64,000 nucleotides of DNA, from assembly GCA_047285805.1 (NCBI GenBank), contig JBJBCN010000003.1, positions 896,001-960,000 on the forward strand, given 5' to 3'. The notes beneath the pieces were generated by a model. It was not told the origin of the DNA. It saw nothing but the letters and a program-made list of their open reading frames with translations, and ran no database searches. The translations under genes were made by a program, and so were the position numbers. Numbering within the stretch: position 1 is the first letter of the stretch; each line of letters starts with the position of its first letter. Positions 38,422 through 51,925 of the stretch are shown one piece after another. The stretch comes from Synechococcus sp. GTDB lineage: Bacteria > Cyanobacteriota > Cyanobacteriia > PCC-6307 > Cyanobiaceae.

Positions 38422-38907
38422 TCAGGAGAGGGCGCCAACGACGTAGTCGAAGTAGAAGCCGGCTTCTGCGGCGTCTTCGCCGGTCAGAAGGCTCATGGCG
38501 GCAATCTTCATTTCCCGAACGGACTCAGCAAGAGCCTCCAGGGGGGTGCCAAGGGAGCGATACATCTCCTTGGCGCCAATGATGCCGATCTCTTCGATCG
38601 GGGTGATGTCGCCTGCGATCAGGCCGTAGGTCACCAGGCGCAGGTAGTAGTCCATGTCGCGCAGGCAGGTCGCGGTCATGTCCTCGCCGTAGGCGTTGCC
38701 GCCGGGGGAGATGACATCAGGACGCTTTTGGAAGAGGGCGCCGCCTGCGGTCTTGACGATGCGCTCACGGCTTTCGCTCAGGACCTGAGCGACGCGAAGA
38801 CGGCGCTGACCACCACTGACGAACGACTTGATTTGGTCAAGTTCGCCAGGGCTGAGGTAGCGGGCTTCGGCGTCCGCGTTGATGATCGAGTTGGAGACGA
38901 TGCTCAT
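38422..38907 (-). CDS. apcA: Allophycocyanin alpha subunit
   Basis: [24 protein letters not shown]...[14 protein letters not shown]. Confidence 0.99.
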   Translation of the reverse strand: MSIVSNSIINADAEARYLSPGELDQIKSFVSGGQRRLRVAQVLSESRERIVKTAGGALFQKRPDVISPGGNAYGEDMTATCLRDMDYYLRLVTYGLIAGDITPIEEIGIIGAKEMYRSLGTPLEALAESVREMKIAAMSLLTGEDAAEAGFYFDYVVGALS

Positions 38908-39225
38908 GCAGTTCTGCCTCGAAACAAGCGGCCGCCTTGCGGAGACCGGTATCCGGTGGGTGGGTTAAGGGGGTGATCCGAGTTGGATCGAGCCTCAGGG
39001 TAAGAGCTGAGGGTGACTCGCGGAGTCGGTTGGGCGACCAGGTTTACAACGGTCAACAGTGACCATTGCCTGTGGCGCGTCCGCTCTTGAGAACTGGAAG
39101 ATTCTCAGGTGCAAAGCGACCCTGAATCTGCCGCGGGTAACAGTTCTTCACTCCGCCTGAATTTTCACCGAAGCCCTTGCGGCGTGTGCGGTCTCGCTTG
39201 AGTTTTTATTGCTGTTCTGTCCAAT

Positions 39226-39258
39226 AAAAAACCGCTCTTGCTAGTAGCTAGAGCGGTT
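39226..39258 (-). terminator. Intrinsic terminator after apcE
   Basis: 9-bp inverted repeat AACCGCTCT/AGAGCGGTT followed by a T-run on the minus strand. Confidence 0.8.
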
Positions 39259-39311
39259 ATTAGAGATTATTCCTGGAGTAGTTGTGGTAATGAATTGTTG
39301 TTTGGTAACTG

Positions 39312-42191
39312 CTAGATCTTATCGTTTGTTGGTGGGTTTAATCCCGCGTTTCCGCGGTACAGAGATGCGGTGCGCTGCATTGTGGCTTGGGTTTTCCCAT
39401 TCGAAGATTCCATGCCAGAAATGGTTGGGACAGTGGAGCCCACATCGGTAAATAGCTCCTTAAGTGCGGCGAATTGGCCAGAGCTGGCTCGTGTCGCGAT
39501 AAAGGCTCTTGTCTCTTCAGGAGTTGTTGCTCGACCGAGGAGTGCTATCCCTGCCGCGGAAGCGGCGCGTAGCGGGGCCATCCTAGAAAGACGGTTTTGG
39601 AAAGCGTCAGACATTGCCACTGCTTCGATAAAGCCTCGGAGAGTGATGTCCTTGTTGCGAAGTTGTGACTCAGCCGTCAACTGCCTCTCGAAGGCAAAAG
39701 GAATTCGATTGAGCAGTTGCTTGTAGGTGGCATTTATAACAATAAGAAGTTCTGACTCAGTGAAGTTCTCGCTGAGTGTTAGTTGAGGTGTGATCCCTCC
39801 GCGTTTCAGGTATCCACTTGCATCGTTAGTGCGAAGAGCTTTCGCCATTAGGCTGGCTGATGTCAGCTCCGAGCCGGTTGAGGCTTGTGAACTAGGTGTC
39901 GAGCCGTCGAGTGAGAAGGGAGCTCGGCTTCCTTTTGTGGCTAGGAGGCCCCCCAAGTAAGAGATTTTGCTTGGAGTTGCCCAATTGCCTCTACCGGCAG
40001 AATGACTACCAACCAAATTTCTGGGAGTTACGTCAGCAGTTTTTTTGAAATTGTCCTGGATACGAGCATTTGGACGCTGACCAAGGGTTTGAGAGGCAAT
40101 TGCAGAGGTGTCGACAGGTTTGCTGAATGTCGGTGTACGTCTTTGGGTGACGTCGGCCGGAGTTACGAAACGCTCGTAGGGGACGGTGTCCAGACCGAAG
40201 GCTTCCAGATATTCCGGGCTGTTGACCATGGCGTCGACGACGCCATAGAAGCCTTGGCGGGCTGCCACGTCGAAGTAGCTGTCGATTTCCCAGCGTCCGA
40301 ATGTCGGCCGGCCGAGAATTCGGCGGTGCATCACTTCAACGGCCTTACAGATGTAAAGACCACTCCAATAGCGGCGGCGGAAGGCGTCGCTGCGCGCGAC
40401 CTCAAGCACAAAATCCTTCAGGCCGATATCGCCGTTTTCTAGTCTGGTTTCGGCTGACTCAACCCGTTCACCGGCGTAGCCCGCGTTGCCCAGGATCTGG
40501 ACGTAGACAGCCTTGATGACGGATTGGGTGCTCGATTCCGTAAATCGCACGCTCGATCGGGTTTGGACGCCACGGCGAGGAACCGAATTACCGCCGGTTG
40601 CGATTTGGGTTAGGCGGCGGGTCCTTGGACCAACCCGTCTTGGTGTGGAGCTTCTGAACTCAGGGCTATTCATCTGCCCTGGCTGCGCCATGCCATTGCC
40701 AATTAACAGACGACGTGTGTCGTAGCTCAGTGGCGCAGGACGCGTTGCGACGTTGGCCGTACCTGAGGGGAAGATCGCGCCATAGCTGAGCCCTAAGGGA
40801 TCGTTGCCGCCGCCGTAGGGATGTTGATCGGCGTAGGGCTGGCGGTAGCTCGCGTAGAGGGTTATGTATTGAGGAGCACCCTCAAATGGTGCACTGAAGC
40901 GGAAGAGCTTGCGGTTGGAACCCCAGCCAGCACTTTCTTGGGCTTCTTCGCCGAGATCGCGCAGATAGGGAACCGTCTCTTCACCGAAGACCTGGGCATA
41001 CTCCATCGAGTTGACCAGTGAATCAACGAGCCCGTTGAGACCTTGCTCGCTGACGATGCTGAAGTAGCGGTTGAATTCTTCCCGTGAGCTAATCCCCCGT
41101 CCCAGGAAGTGACGGAAGGCCAGCTCAACAGCGCGGCTGTTTGAGAAGGGGCCAAAAAACTGGGCCCGGTACTCCTTGCTTTTGCCGAGCGCGCGAATGT
41201 ATTCGCGCATACTGAGGTCGCCCTTCGTAACCTGCGAGGTTTCGACCGAGCAGGGGTCTTGGCTGTAGGCCTTCGCGATGTCCCTTTCGAAGACCTGTCG
41301 GTAGGCCGCCCGAATGACCTCTGCTTTTTGAGCGCCACTCATGGCGGGCTTCATGTTGAAGCGCTGGACGTTGCCTTGGGCCGCCAGTGCGTAGATGGCT
41401 GGGAGCTGGAGGCCCTGATTCTCGGGGCTGCCAAGGCGCTGGCGAGCCGATGGGGTCGGAACTGACAGCTCTTCGAGCAGGACGTTGAAGCAGCCAATCA
41501 AGAGCTGGCGCGCTTCGGGCAGGTCCTTGAGCAGTTCGGCGGCACCGGCGCGCATTTCCTGCAGCGCGACGTTGGTGGCTGCTAGGGAGCAGCCCTTTTC
41601 GAGCACATCTCTCAATCCGCGCGTGTTCACGCGCAGGATGCTCGGATCGCCTGCAATGACCGCATACCCGACATAGCGAAGGAACCAAGCCATGTCGCGG
41701 ACCGACTTGCGCATCCGCTCAGTCCCGTAGATGGCGACTGAAATGGGGCTGAAGCCTGTCGGGAGAATCACGCGGACATCGGCATCGCCCCCGCCGTCCA
41801 GCAGTCGGGTCAGAAAATTGCCGCGTTTCGAGTTGTCGCTGGCGCCCGAGAAGGTTTGAACCGAGCGCTGGAACGCCGCCTGGTCGGAGGCCAGCGGAGT
41901 TGCCGAGCTTGCCGCCGCGGGTGTCAGGGGCGCGTCGAGATAGGACAGCGGGGTGCCACCGGCAAAGATCCGGCTTGCTGCCCGAGCGACGATCGCTTCG
42001 GCATTGGCCGAAACCCGACGGGCTGCCTCAACCCGCAGCTGACCGCTTTGGAAAAAAGTTGTGAGGTTGCTGAGCTCACCTCCATCGGGGAAGCGGTCTT
42101 GCTGCTCCGCCTGACGAACGCTGGAGAGCGGCAGGGTGTCGAAGCGCTGAGGAGCAACCCTGCTGCTGCCGCTGCTGGCGGTCACAGTCAT
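39312..42191 (-). CDS. apcE: Phycobilisome core-membrane linker LCM (PB domain plus three REP domains)
   Basis: AEQQDRF, chromophore Cys in LEKGCSLAAT, three linker repeats (AAYRQVFER, AVYVQILG, ATYKQLLNR). Confidence 0.98.
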   Translation of the reverse strand: MTVTASSGSSRVAPQRFDTLPLSSVRQAEQQDRFPDGGELSNLTTFFQSGQLRVEAARRVSANAEAIVARAASRIFAGGTPLSYLDAPLTPAAASSATPLASDQAAFQRSVQTFSGASDNSKRGNFLTRLLDGGGDADVRVILPTGFSPISVAIYGTERMRKSVRDMAWFLRYVGYAVIAGDPSILRVNTRGLRDVLEKGCSLAATNVALQEMRAGAAELLKDLPEARQLLIGCFNVLLEELSVPTPSARQRLGSPENQGLQLPAIYALAAQGNVQRFNMKPAMSGAQKAEVIRAAYRQVFERDIAKAYSQDPCSVETSQVTKGDLSMREYIRALGKSKEYRAQFFGPFSNSRAVELAFRHFLGRGISSREEFNRYFSIVSEQGLNGLVDSLVNSMEYAQVFGEETVPYLRDLGEEAQESAGWGSNRKLFRFSAPFEGAPQYITLYASYRQPYADQHPYGGGNDPLGLSYGAIFPSGTANVATRPAPLSYDTRRLLIGNGMAQPGQMNSPEFRSSTPRRVGPRTRRLTQIATGGNSVPRRGVQTRSSVRFTESSTQSVIKAVYVQILGNAGYAGERVESAETRLENGDIGLKDFVLEVARSDAFRRRYWSGLYICKAVEVMHRRILGRPTFGRWEIDSYFDVAARQGFYGVVDAMVNSPEYLEAFGLDTVPYERFVTPADVTQRRTPTFSKPVDTSAIASQTLGQRPNARIQDNFKKTADVTPRNLVGSHSAGRGNWATPSKISYLGGLLATKGSRAPFSLDGSTPSSQASTGSELTSASLMAKALRTNDASGYLKRGGITPQLTLSENFTESELLIVINATYKQLLNRIPFAFERQLTAESQLRNKDITLRGFIEAVAMSDAFQNRLSRMAPLRAASAAGIALLGRATTPEETRAFIATRASSGQFAALKELFTDVGSTVPTISGMESSNGKTQATMQRTASLYRGNAGLNPPTNDKI

Positions 42192-42353
42192 GGACGAAAG
42201 CGAACCTGGCCTGGGCAGGTTACGGCTGCCCCTCTGACCTCCCGGTCGGGCATGAACAAATGTTTGCAGCCCGTTGTCGGTTTCCCCTCAACCGGAGGAC
42301 AAGCCATGAAATGCTCGGCCTCTGCGCATTCCCTTCCCGATTCGCTCCCAGCC

Positions 42354-43559
42354 ATGACTCAGGGCCCTGCTGATGCCGCCACCCCGGTGGTGAGCGACTT
42401 CTATGACCGCTTCCCCTACCCAGGGGACCCTCTTCAAGATGGTCCCCCGCCTGGATACAACTGGCGCTGGTTTGTTGATGCGGCTTATTCGGCAGCCACC
42501 GGATCGCTACCCCCAGCACGTGTCAACGGAGAGCCCTTACGAATCCTGGATGCGGGGTGCGGCACCGGCGTTAGCACCGACTACCTCGCTCACCTGAATC
42601 CAGGGGCCGAGATTCTGGCTGTGGATATCTCGCCTGGAACGCTGGAGGTGGCTCGGGAGCGCTGTCGCCGCTCCGGTGCGTTTGAGCAGGCCCAGCTCCG
42701 TATCGAAAACCGGAGCCTGCTGGACCTATTAGGAGAGGGCCCCTTCGATTACATCAATTCTGTCGGGGTGTTGCACCACCTCCGCCAACCGGAGGCCGGA
42801 CTGCGGGCCTTAGCCCAGTTGTTGAAACCCGATGCGCTCCTCCACCTGTTCTTGTACGCCGATGGTGGTCGCTGGGAGATCCATCGCACCCAGCGCGCTC
42901 TGAGTGCAATGGGCGCTGGTACGGAGGCCGAGGGCCTTCGCTTGGGGCGTCAGTTGATGGCTGATCTCCCCGCGCAGAACCGGCTCCGTCTCAATTACGA
43001 GCAACGCTGGGCCATCGACTGTGCAGCCGACGCGAACTTCGCGGACATGTACCTGCATCCCCAGGAGACCAGTTACAACCTGGAGCGCCTGATGGCCTTT
43101 GTAGCCTTGGCCGATTTGCAATTTGCAGGCTTCTCCAATCCAGCGGTCTGGGATCCCGCTCGGCTCCTGACGGGAGAATTGTTGGAGCGGGCTAAGGCTC
43201 TTCCTGCGGAGGCGCAATGGCGCTTGGTGGAAGACCTGGACCCTGACATCAGCCACTTCGAGTTCTTCTTGAGCAAGGGCCCGGTTCAGGTGCAGCGCTG
43301 GGATGAGGACAGCGCCGTGCTCGCAGCCAGGGGCTGCCGGAACCGTTGCCTCTGGGGCTGGCCAGGCCGCTCCCTTCTGGATTCCGATATGGCCCCCTTG
43401 GATCTGAGTGCCGAGGGATTGAGCTTGCTGGAAGTCCTGGAGCAGGCGGAGCCTGAGACGGCCATCGGTCAGCTTCCAGTGGACTGGTCTGATGCCCAGA
43501 TCGCCTCTGTGGCAAGGGAACTGCAGCGTCAGAAGGTCCTTCTGCTTCGCCCGGCTTAG
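42354..43559 (+). CDS. Class I SAM-dependent methyltransferase
   Basis: ILDAGCGTG, GVLHHL and FADMYLHPQE motifs; start placed at ATG 42354. Confidence 0.9.
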   Translation: MTQGPADAATPVVSDFYDRFPYPGDPLQDGPPPGYNWRWFVDAAYSAATGSLPPARVNGEPLRILDAGCGTGVSTDYLAHLNPGAEILAVDISPGTLEVARERCRRSGAFEQAQLRIENRSLLDLLGEGPFDYINSVGVLHHLRQPEAGLRALAQLLKPDALLHLFLYADGGRWEIHRTQRALSAMGAGTEAEGLRLGRQLMADLPAQNRLRLNYEQRWAIDCAADANFADMYLHPQETSYNLERLMAFVALADLQFAGFSNPAVWDPARLLTGELLERAKALPAEAQWRLVEDLDPDISHFEFFLSKGPVQVQRWDEDSAVLAARGCRNRCLWGWPGRSLLDSDMAPLDLSAEGLSLLEVLEQAEPETAIGQLPVDWSDAQIASVARELQRQKVLLLRPA

Positions 43560-43570
43560 GGCGAGGCAGC

Positions 43571-44116
43571 GTGATAGATTCCGCGCGCCTTTTCAGAGCG
43601 AAGGCACCTTTGTTGGCGACTTCCTCTCCCCAGTCAGGTTTGGATGCTCCTCGCGAGCAGCCGAGTTCACTGGACGAGATGAATAACCAAGGAATGGTCC
43701 CGTCTTCTCCTCTGGAAACAGAGTCCTCAGAGGCCTCGTCTGCTTCCGAAACCGATTCGGTTTCCGGAGGCGGTGCTCACCTCGCTGACTTTGAGAGGCT
43801 TCAACGTCGCCTGATCGTCGCCACCCTGCTGGTCTCCGCCATTGCGGTTTCAGCCACGGCTTTGATCTACGACCTTCACATCGCCAGCAGTGTGCTGATC
43901 GGTGGCCTAGCCGGCGCCCTTTACCTCAGGCTTCTTGCCCGAAGTGTTGGAAAGCTCGGCAACGGTTCCAAGAAGGTCAGCAAGTTGCAGCTCCTCGTCC
44001 CCGTGGTTCTTGTGATGGCTGCGGCTCGCTTGCCCCAGCTCGAGTTGTTGCCAGCTTTGCTTGGCTTTCTGCTCTACAAGCCCGCGGTGATCCTCCAGGC
44101 ACTCACAGATCGCTGA
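43571..44116 (+). CDS. atpI: ATP synthase protein I (Atp1/UncI)
   Basis: Four-TM C-terminal part ending GFLLYKPA; first gene of the atp operon; start uncertain (TTG 43612 or ATG 43679 possible). Confidence 0.85.
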   Translation: MIDSARLFRAKAPLLATSSPQSGLDAPREQPSSLDEMNNQGMVPSSPLETESSEASSASETDSVSGGGAHLADFERLQRRLIVATLLVSAIAVSATALIYDLHIASSVLIGGLAGALYLRLLARSVGKLGNGSKKVSKLQLLVPVVLVMAAARLPQLELLPALLGFLLYKPAVILQALTDR

Positions 44117-44165
44117 GCGCCAAAACCTTTTCAACGTCGCAACCGCGACCCCGAACGTCGACCCG

Positions 44166-45310
<1,145 letters not shown>

Positions 45311-45326
45311 TCGCGCTTGAGGTGAC

Positions 45327-45369
45327 GAGGGACGGGTGGTTTTCAGTTCGCTGAACCGCTCATCCCCTC
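45327..45369 (+). terminator. Long stem-loop after the subunit c gene (partial terminator or mRNA-stabilising hairpin)
   Basis: GAGGGACGGGTGGTTTTCAG-TTCG-CTGAACCGCTCATCCCCTC imperfect stem with no strong U-tract. Confidence 0.55.
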
Positions 45370-45440
45370 CATCCTTTGCCTAAGCCTTTAGCTTCCGCCG
45401 CCGTCCCGCGGCCCGCTTCAACCGCCCGCACCCCTGCCTC

Positions 45441-45902
45441 ATGACCAGCTGGCTTTTGCTAGGTGCAACGGAGGGAGGTCTCTTTGACCTCGACGCCACC
45501 CTGCCTTTGATGGCAGTTCAGGTGGTTCTCCTCACCTTCATCCTCAATTCCCTGTTCTTCAGCCCCGTCGGACGGGTCGTCGAAGAGCGGGAGGGTTACG
45601 TGACCACCAGCCGTGCGGAGGCCAAGCAGAAGCTGGCCCAAGCCGAACGCTTGGAAGCTGACCTCAAAGAACAGCTCAAGGACGCACGTCTGTCCGCCTC
45701 GAAGCTGATTCAAGAAGCGGAAGCTGATTCCGACAAGCTCTATCGCGAGGCCTTGGGCGCAGCCACCGCTGACGCCAATACCGCCCGCGAGCAGGCACGC
45801 CGCGAAATCGATGCCCAGCGCGAGTCGGCCATGAGCCAACTCAAGACTGATGCCGACAAACTCGGTGACCTGATCGTCGACCGTCTGCTGGCAGCCCGAT
45901 GA
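45441..45902 (+). CDS. atpF2: F0 subunit b' (atpG in cyanobacterial nomenclature)
   Basis: [17 protein letters not shown]-terminus followed by coiled coil. Confidence 0.96.
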   Translation: MTSWLLLGATEGGLFDLDATLPLMAVQVVLLTFILNSLFFSPVGRVVEEREGYVTTSRAEAKQKLAQAERLEADLKEQLKDARLSASKLIQEAEADSDKLYREALGAATADANTAREQARREIDAQRESAMSQLKTDADKLGDLIVDRLLAAR

Positions 45903-46416
45903 CCATCCCTTCTCTATTCGCCAGTCATGGTGCCTTTGGTCTGAACCTTGACGTGTTCGAGACCAACATCATCAACCTGGCCATCGTCATCTTCGGCCTC
46001 TACAAGTTTCTGCCTAACTTCCTGGGCAGCATCCTGGAGCGTCGTCGCGCGATCATTCTCGCCGACCTCAAAGACGCTGAAGAGCGCCTCAGTTCGGCCA
46101 CCACAGCCCTGTCTCAAGCCCAGAATGATCTGGCCGCTGCCCAGCAGAAGGCTGAACAGATCCGTGTTGACGGTAAAGCCCGGGCTGAAGCCATCCGCCT
46201 TGACTCCGAGAAGCGCACCATTGAGGAGATGGCCCGTCTCAAGCAAGGCGCCACTGCTGATCTCAACGCTGAAGCCTCCCGGGTTAGCAACCAGCTCCGC
46301 CGCGAGGCGGCTCGACTTGCCATCGAGAAGGCACTCGCCACCCTGCCCGGCAAGCTCAACGCTGATGCCCAGGTGCAGCTGGTGAATCAGTCCATCAAAA
46401 CGTTGGGGAATGCCTG

Positions 46417-46417
<1 letters not shown>
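45899..46417 (+). CDS. atpF: F0 subunit b
   Basis: [16 protein letters not shown]-terminus followed by coiled coil. Confidence 0.96.
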
Positions 46418-48535
<2,118 letters not shown>

Positions 48536-48566
48536 TCCCTGACGGTTACCCCGGAGAGTCCAATCC

Positions 48567-49520
48567 ATGGCCAACCTCAAGGAGATCCGCGACAGGATCA
48601 GTTCCGTCAAAAACACCCGGAAGATCACCGAGGCCATGCGCCTCGTGGCAGCCGCCAAGGTCCGTCGGGCCCAGGAACAGGTTCTGCGTAGTCGTCCGTT
48701 CGCCGATCGTCTTGCTCGTGTTCTGGAGAACCTCCAGACCCGCATGCAGTTCGAGACCGCCGACGCGCCGCTGCTCGAGAACCGCGACGTCCGCACGATC
48801 ACCCTGCTCGCCGTTACCGGTGACCGCGGTCTGTGCGGCGGTTACAACGCCAACATCATCAAGCGCACCGAACAGCGTCACGCTGAGCTGAAGTCTCAGG
48901 GGTATGACGTGGATCTGGTTTTGATCGGCGGCAAAGTCGCCTCCTATTTCCAGAACCGCGCTAACCAGTACACGATTCGCGCCACCTTTACGGGCCTCGA
49001 ACAGGTTCCGAGCGCTGCCGAAGCCGGCAAGATCGCTGACGAGGTGCTTGCTGAATTCCTCTCGGCCTCGACCGATCGTGTGGAGATCATCTTCACCAAG
49101 TTCATCAACCTGGTGAGCTCCAAGCCTGTCTCCCAGACGCTGCTTCCCCTAGATCCCCAGGGCATCGCCAGCGCGGACGATGAGATCTTCCGTCTCACCA
49201 CCCGTGACGGTCAGCTTGGCGTTGAAACCGGCACGGTCAACAACGACCAACCCTCCCTGCCCTCTGATCTGGTCTTCGAACAGAGCCCTGATCAGCTGCT
49301 GAACGCCCTGCTGCCTCTGTACCTGCAGAACCAACTCCTGCGTTCGCTGCAGGAAGCGGCCGCCTCCGAGCTCGCCAGCCGGATGACCGCCATGAACAAC
49401 GCCAGCGACAACGCCAAGGCCCTCGCGAAGTCCCTGACCCTTGACTACAACAAGGCTCGTCAGGCCGCCATTACCCAGGAAATCCTGGAAGTGGTTGGTG
49501 GCGCGGCCGCCATGGCCTGA
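48567..49520 (+). CDS. atpG: F1 subunit gamma
   Basis: [19 protein letters not shown] and [12 protein letters not shown] motifs. Confidence 0.99.
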   Translation: MANLKEIRDRISSVKNTRKITEAMRLVAAAKVRRAQEQVLRSRPFADRLARVLENLQTRMQFETADAPLLENRDVRTITLLAVTGDRGLCGGYNANIIKRTEQRHAELKSQGYDVDLVLIGGKVASYFQNRANQYTIRATFTGLEQVPSAAEAGKIADEVLAEFLSASTDRVEIIFTKFINLVSSKPVSQTLLPLDPQGIASADDEIFRLTTRDGQLGVETGTVNNDQPSLPSDLVFEQSPDQLLNALLPLYLQNQLLRSLQEAAASELASRMTAMNNASDNAKALAKSLTLDYNKARQAAITQEILEVVGGAAAMA

Positions 49521-49541
49521 GCGTTCTTGCTCCGCTGTCTT

Positions 49542-49569
49542 AAGCCCTCCCCTCGGGGAGGGCTTTTTT
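49542..49569 (+). terminator. Intrinsic terminator of the main atp operon
   Basis: AAGCCCTCCC-CTCG-GGGAGGGC-TTTTTT. Confidence 0.93.
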
Positions 49570-49615
49570 GTGGCCGGACTCCCGCATCGCAGGATGACTA
49601 CAGCGCCTGCGCGTC

Positions 49616-50317
49616 ATGACGCTTTCCTTGCAACCTCTGTTCCCGTTGGCTCTGGCCACGGCGCAGCTGCCCTTGGATCCCATGGATTCCGTCCTGCTGC
49701 TCCAGGACGTCTTGGCCATGCGCGGGGAGGAGAGCGGTAACCCCAATCCGCTCAGTGCCTGGACCGGTGACATCAACGGCATCTGGCAGGTGCACGAGCT
49801 CCCTGCTTTTGCAGCCATCAGTGAGCTGGTGCGCCGGCACGCGTGGGAGTACCTCGCGCAGCTCGGTTTTCGGTGCGATCAAGTCGCCCTTCACATCCAG
49901 CGGGCCTGGCCTGTCGTCAGTGAACCTGGGCAGGTGGTCGGGCGGCACCACCATCCCAACGCACACCTGAGCGCCATCGTCTATCTCAACGGGGATGGCT
50001 CAGGCCGAAGTGGTTGCCTACGGCTTTACCCCGCCCGCCAAAGCAATGAATTGGTGCCGGGTCTGGCCGTGGGCCATGGCGGGCCCCTCGACGGTGCGAT
50101 CAGCTGGAATGCTCCCCATTTCGATCTGGCCCCCCGGACTGGACTGCTGGTCCTTTTCCCGGCAGCCACCGACCACGCCGTGACGGCCAATGAGGATGAC
50201 AATGACCTTCGGGTCTCCTTGGCTTTTGATTTGGCCCTCAGCGCCCCCCCCGGCGGGGTGCCCCCGGAATATTTGGCCCCCCACCCCCAGCAGTGGAGCC
50301 CTCTCGGTGGGCCGTGA
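49616..50317 (+). CDS. Putative 2OG-Fe(II) oxygenase (TIGR02466-like)
   Basis: LFP N-terminus, HxH motif HHHPNAHLSAIVYL, LVLFP...HAV...RVSLAFD. Confidence 0.8.
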   Translation: MTLSLQPLFPLALATAQLPLDPMDSVLLLQDVLAMRGEESGNPNPLSAWTGDINGIWQVHELPAFAAISELVRRHAWEYLAQLGFRCDQVALHIQRAWPVVSEPGQVVGRHHHPNAHLSAIVYLNGDGSGRSGCLRLYPARQSNELVPGLAVGHGGPLDGAISWNAPHFDLAPRTGLLVLFPAATDHAVTANEDDNDLRVSLAFDLALSAPPGGVPPEYLAPHPQQWSPLGGP

Positions 50318-50358
50318 TCCTGGAGAATAGGGATCTTCTGGACTGAGCAGCTTCATCC

Positions 50359-50682
50359 ATGGGCGAGACCTACACCGTTGTCTGTGAACTCAACGGCGCT
50401 AGCCACAGCTTCAGCTGCGCCGCCGACCAGACTGTTCTCGCTGCTGCTGAAGCCGCCGGCATTCCCGTCCCCAGCTCTTGCTGCTCCGGTGTCTGCACGA
50501 CTTGCGCGGCCGTCGTTAAAGAGGGTTCCGTGCATCAGCCCGACGCCATGGGAGTCAAGGCAGAACTCCAGGAGAAGGGCTTTGCGCTGCTCTGTGTGGC
50601 CTTCCCCCGCAGCGACCTCAAGGTGGTCGCCGGCCAGGAGGACGCCCTCTACGAAGCCCAGTTCGGTCAGTACCAAAAGTGA
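50359..50682 (+). CDS. [2Fe-2S] plant-type ferredoxin (Fed2/FdC2-like)
   Basis: CCSGVCTTC...LLCVAFPRSD and C-terminal QEDALYEAQFG. Confidence 0.92.
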   Translation: MGETYTVVCELNGASHSFSCAADQTVLAAAEAAGIPVPSSCCSGVCTTCAAVVKEGSVHQPDAMGVKAELQEKGFALLCVAFPRSDLKVVAGQEDALYEAQFGQYQK

Positions 50683-50882
50683 GCCCGGGGCTCTCTGGTT
50701 TTCGCTCCCTGGCGCTCACGCTCGTCTGTGAACCCGGTCCGCTCCTGCCCCAGATCGAGGCTGCGTTGCGGACCCATGGCATGCCCCTCCGGTGGGCGAT
50801 TACCGAGGCGGCCTGCCGGCCCGATGGCCGGCGCCAGCTGACCCTCGAAGCGATGGTTCACCAGCCCGCCCTGCTCGTATGA
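50679..50882 (+). CDS. Small hypothetical protein
   Basis: 67 aa, IEAALRTHGMPLRWAIT motif; overlaps both neighbours (GTGA and ATGA). Confidence 0.75.
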   Translation: MSPGLSGFRSLALTLVCEPGPLLPQIEAALRTHGMPLRWAITEAACRPDGRRQLTLEAMVHQPALLV

Positions 50883-51925
50883 CCCGTCCTGGGGAGCCCC
50901 TGCCCACCTTGATGGTGGTGCCCACGGGCATCGGCTGTGAGGTGGGCGGCTACGCAGGTGATGCGGTACCCGCGGCTCGACTGTTGGCGGCCGCAAGTGG
51001 CTGTCTGATCACCCACCCCAATGTGATGAATGGGGCCTCGCTCTATTGGAGTGACCCGCGCATTCACTACGTCGAGGGATCGAGCCTCGATCGTTTTGCG
51101 GCTGGAGAGCTGGCTCTCGAACCGGTGCGATCCCAGCGCATTGGTCTGCTGCTCGATGCCGGCCTCCAGGAGGACTTGTGCCTCCGCCACCTGCAGGTCG
51201 CCGACGGATGTCGGGCCAGCCTTGGCTTAACGCTTGGACCCGTTGAGACCACAGCCGCCCCAATCGGCGTGAGTCTCAGCCAAGGGGAGAGTGGCGCGAG
51301 CTGGGGACAACTTGAGCGCCCTGATGTCTTGCTCGCGGCTGGGGAGCGCCTGCGGGACGCCGGTGCCACGGCCATCGCCGTCGTTGCACGCTTCCCCGAT
51401 GACCCCGATAGCGAGGCCCTGACGGCCTACCGCCAAGGGGGCGGCGTCGATGCCTTGGCTGGCGCGGAGGCCGTGATCAGCCACTGGCTCAGCCGGCAAC
51501 TGAACCTGCCCTGCGCCCATGCCCCAGCCCTGAGCCCCCTGGAGATTGACCCCCAGTTGGACCCTCGGGCGGCTGGAGAAGAGCTCGGCTACACCTTTCT
51601 GCCCTGTGTCCTCGTGGGCTTGAGCCGGGCTCCGGCGCTCTGGCCCGCGGCCGGGGCCCCCGCGGGATCGATTCTCCCCGATCAAATTGGTGCCGTGGTG
51701 GCCCCGGCCGGTGCCCTGGGGGGTGCGGCGGTGTTGGCCTGCGCGGAGCGCGGTGTTCCGGTGATTGCCGTTGAGAACCCTTGCGTCCTTTCGGTCACGG
51801 CCGAGGCCTTGGGGATCGAGGTGCTCCCGGCGTCCAGCTACAGCGAAGCGGCGGGTTTGCTGCTGGCCCTGCGGGAGGGGATGAACCCTGATTCCCTGCA
51901 GCGTCCCTTGGGGCGGCTCGGCTGA
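50879..51925 (+). CDS. DUF3326-family protein
   Basis: VPTGIGCEVGGYAGDA, ITHPNVMNGA and AGAEAVISH motifs; start at ATG 50879. Confidence 0.88.
   Translation: MTRPGEPLPTLMVVPTGIGCEVGGYAGDAVPAARLLAAASGCLITHPNVMNGASLYWSDPRIHYVEGSSLDRFAAGELALEPVRSQRIGLLLDAGLQEDLCLRHLQVADGCRASLGLTLGPVETTAAPIGVSLSQGESGASWGQLERPDVLLAAGERLRDAGATAIAVVARFPDDPDSEALTAYRQGGGVDALAGAEAVISHWLSRQLNLPCAHAPALSPLEIDPQLDPRAAGEELGYTFLPCVLVGLSRAPALWPAAGAPAGSILPDQIGAVVAPAGALGGAAVLACAERGVPVIAVENPCVLSVTAEALGIEVLPASSYSEAAGLLLALREGMNPDSLQRPLGRLG

Noticed and set aside
41856..42353. Long N-terminal extension of the methyltransferase ORF overlapping apcE
   Set aside because: Overlaps the divergent apcE start; protein-like sequence begins at ATG 42354.
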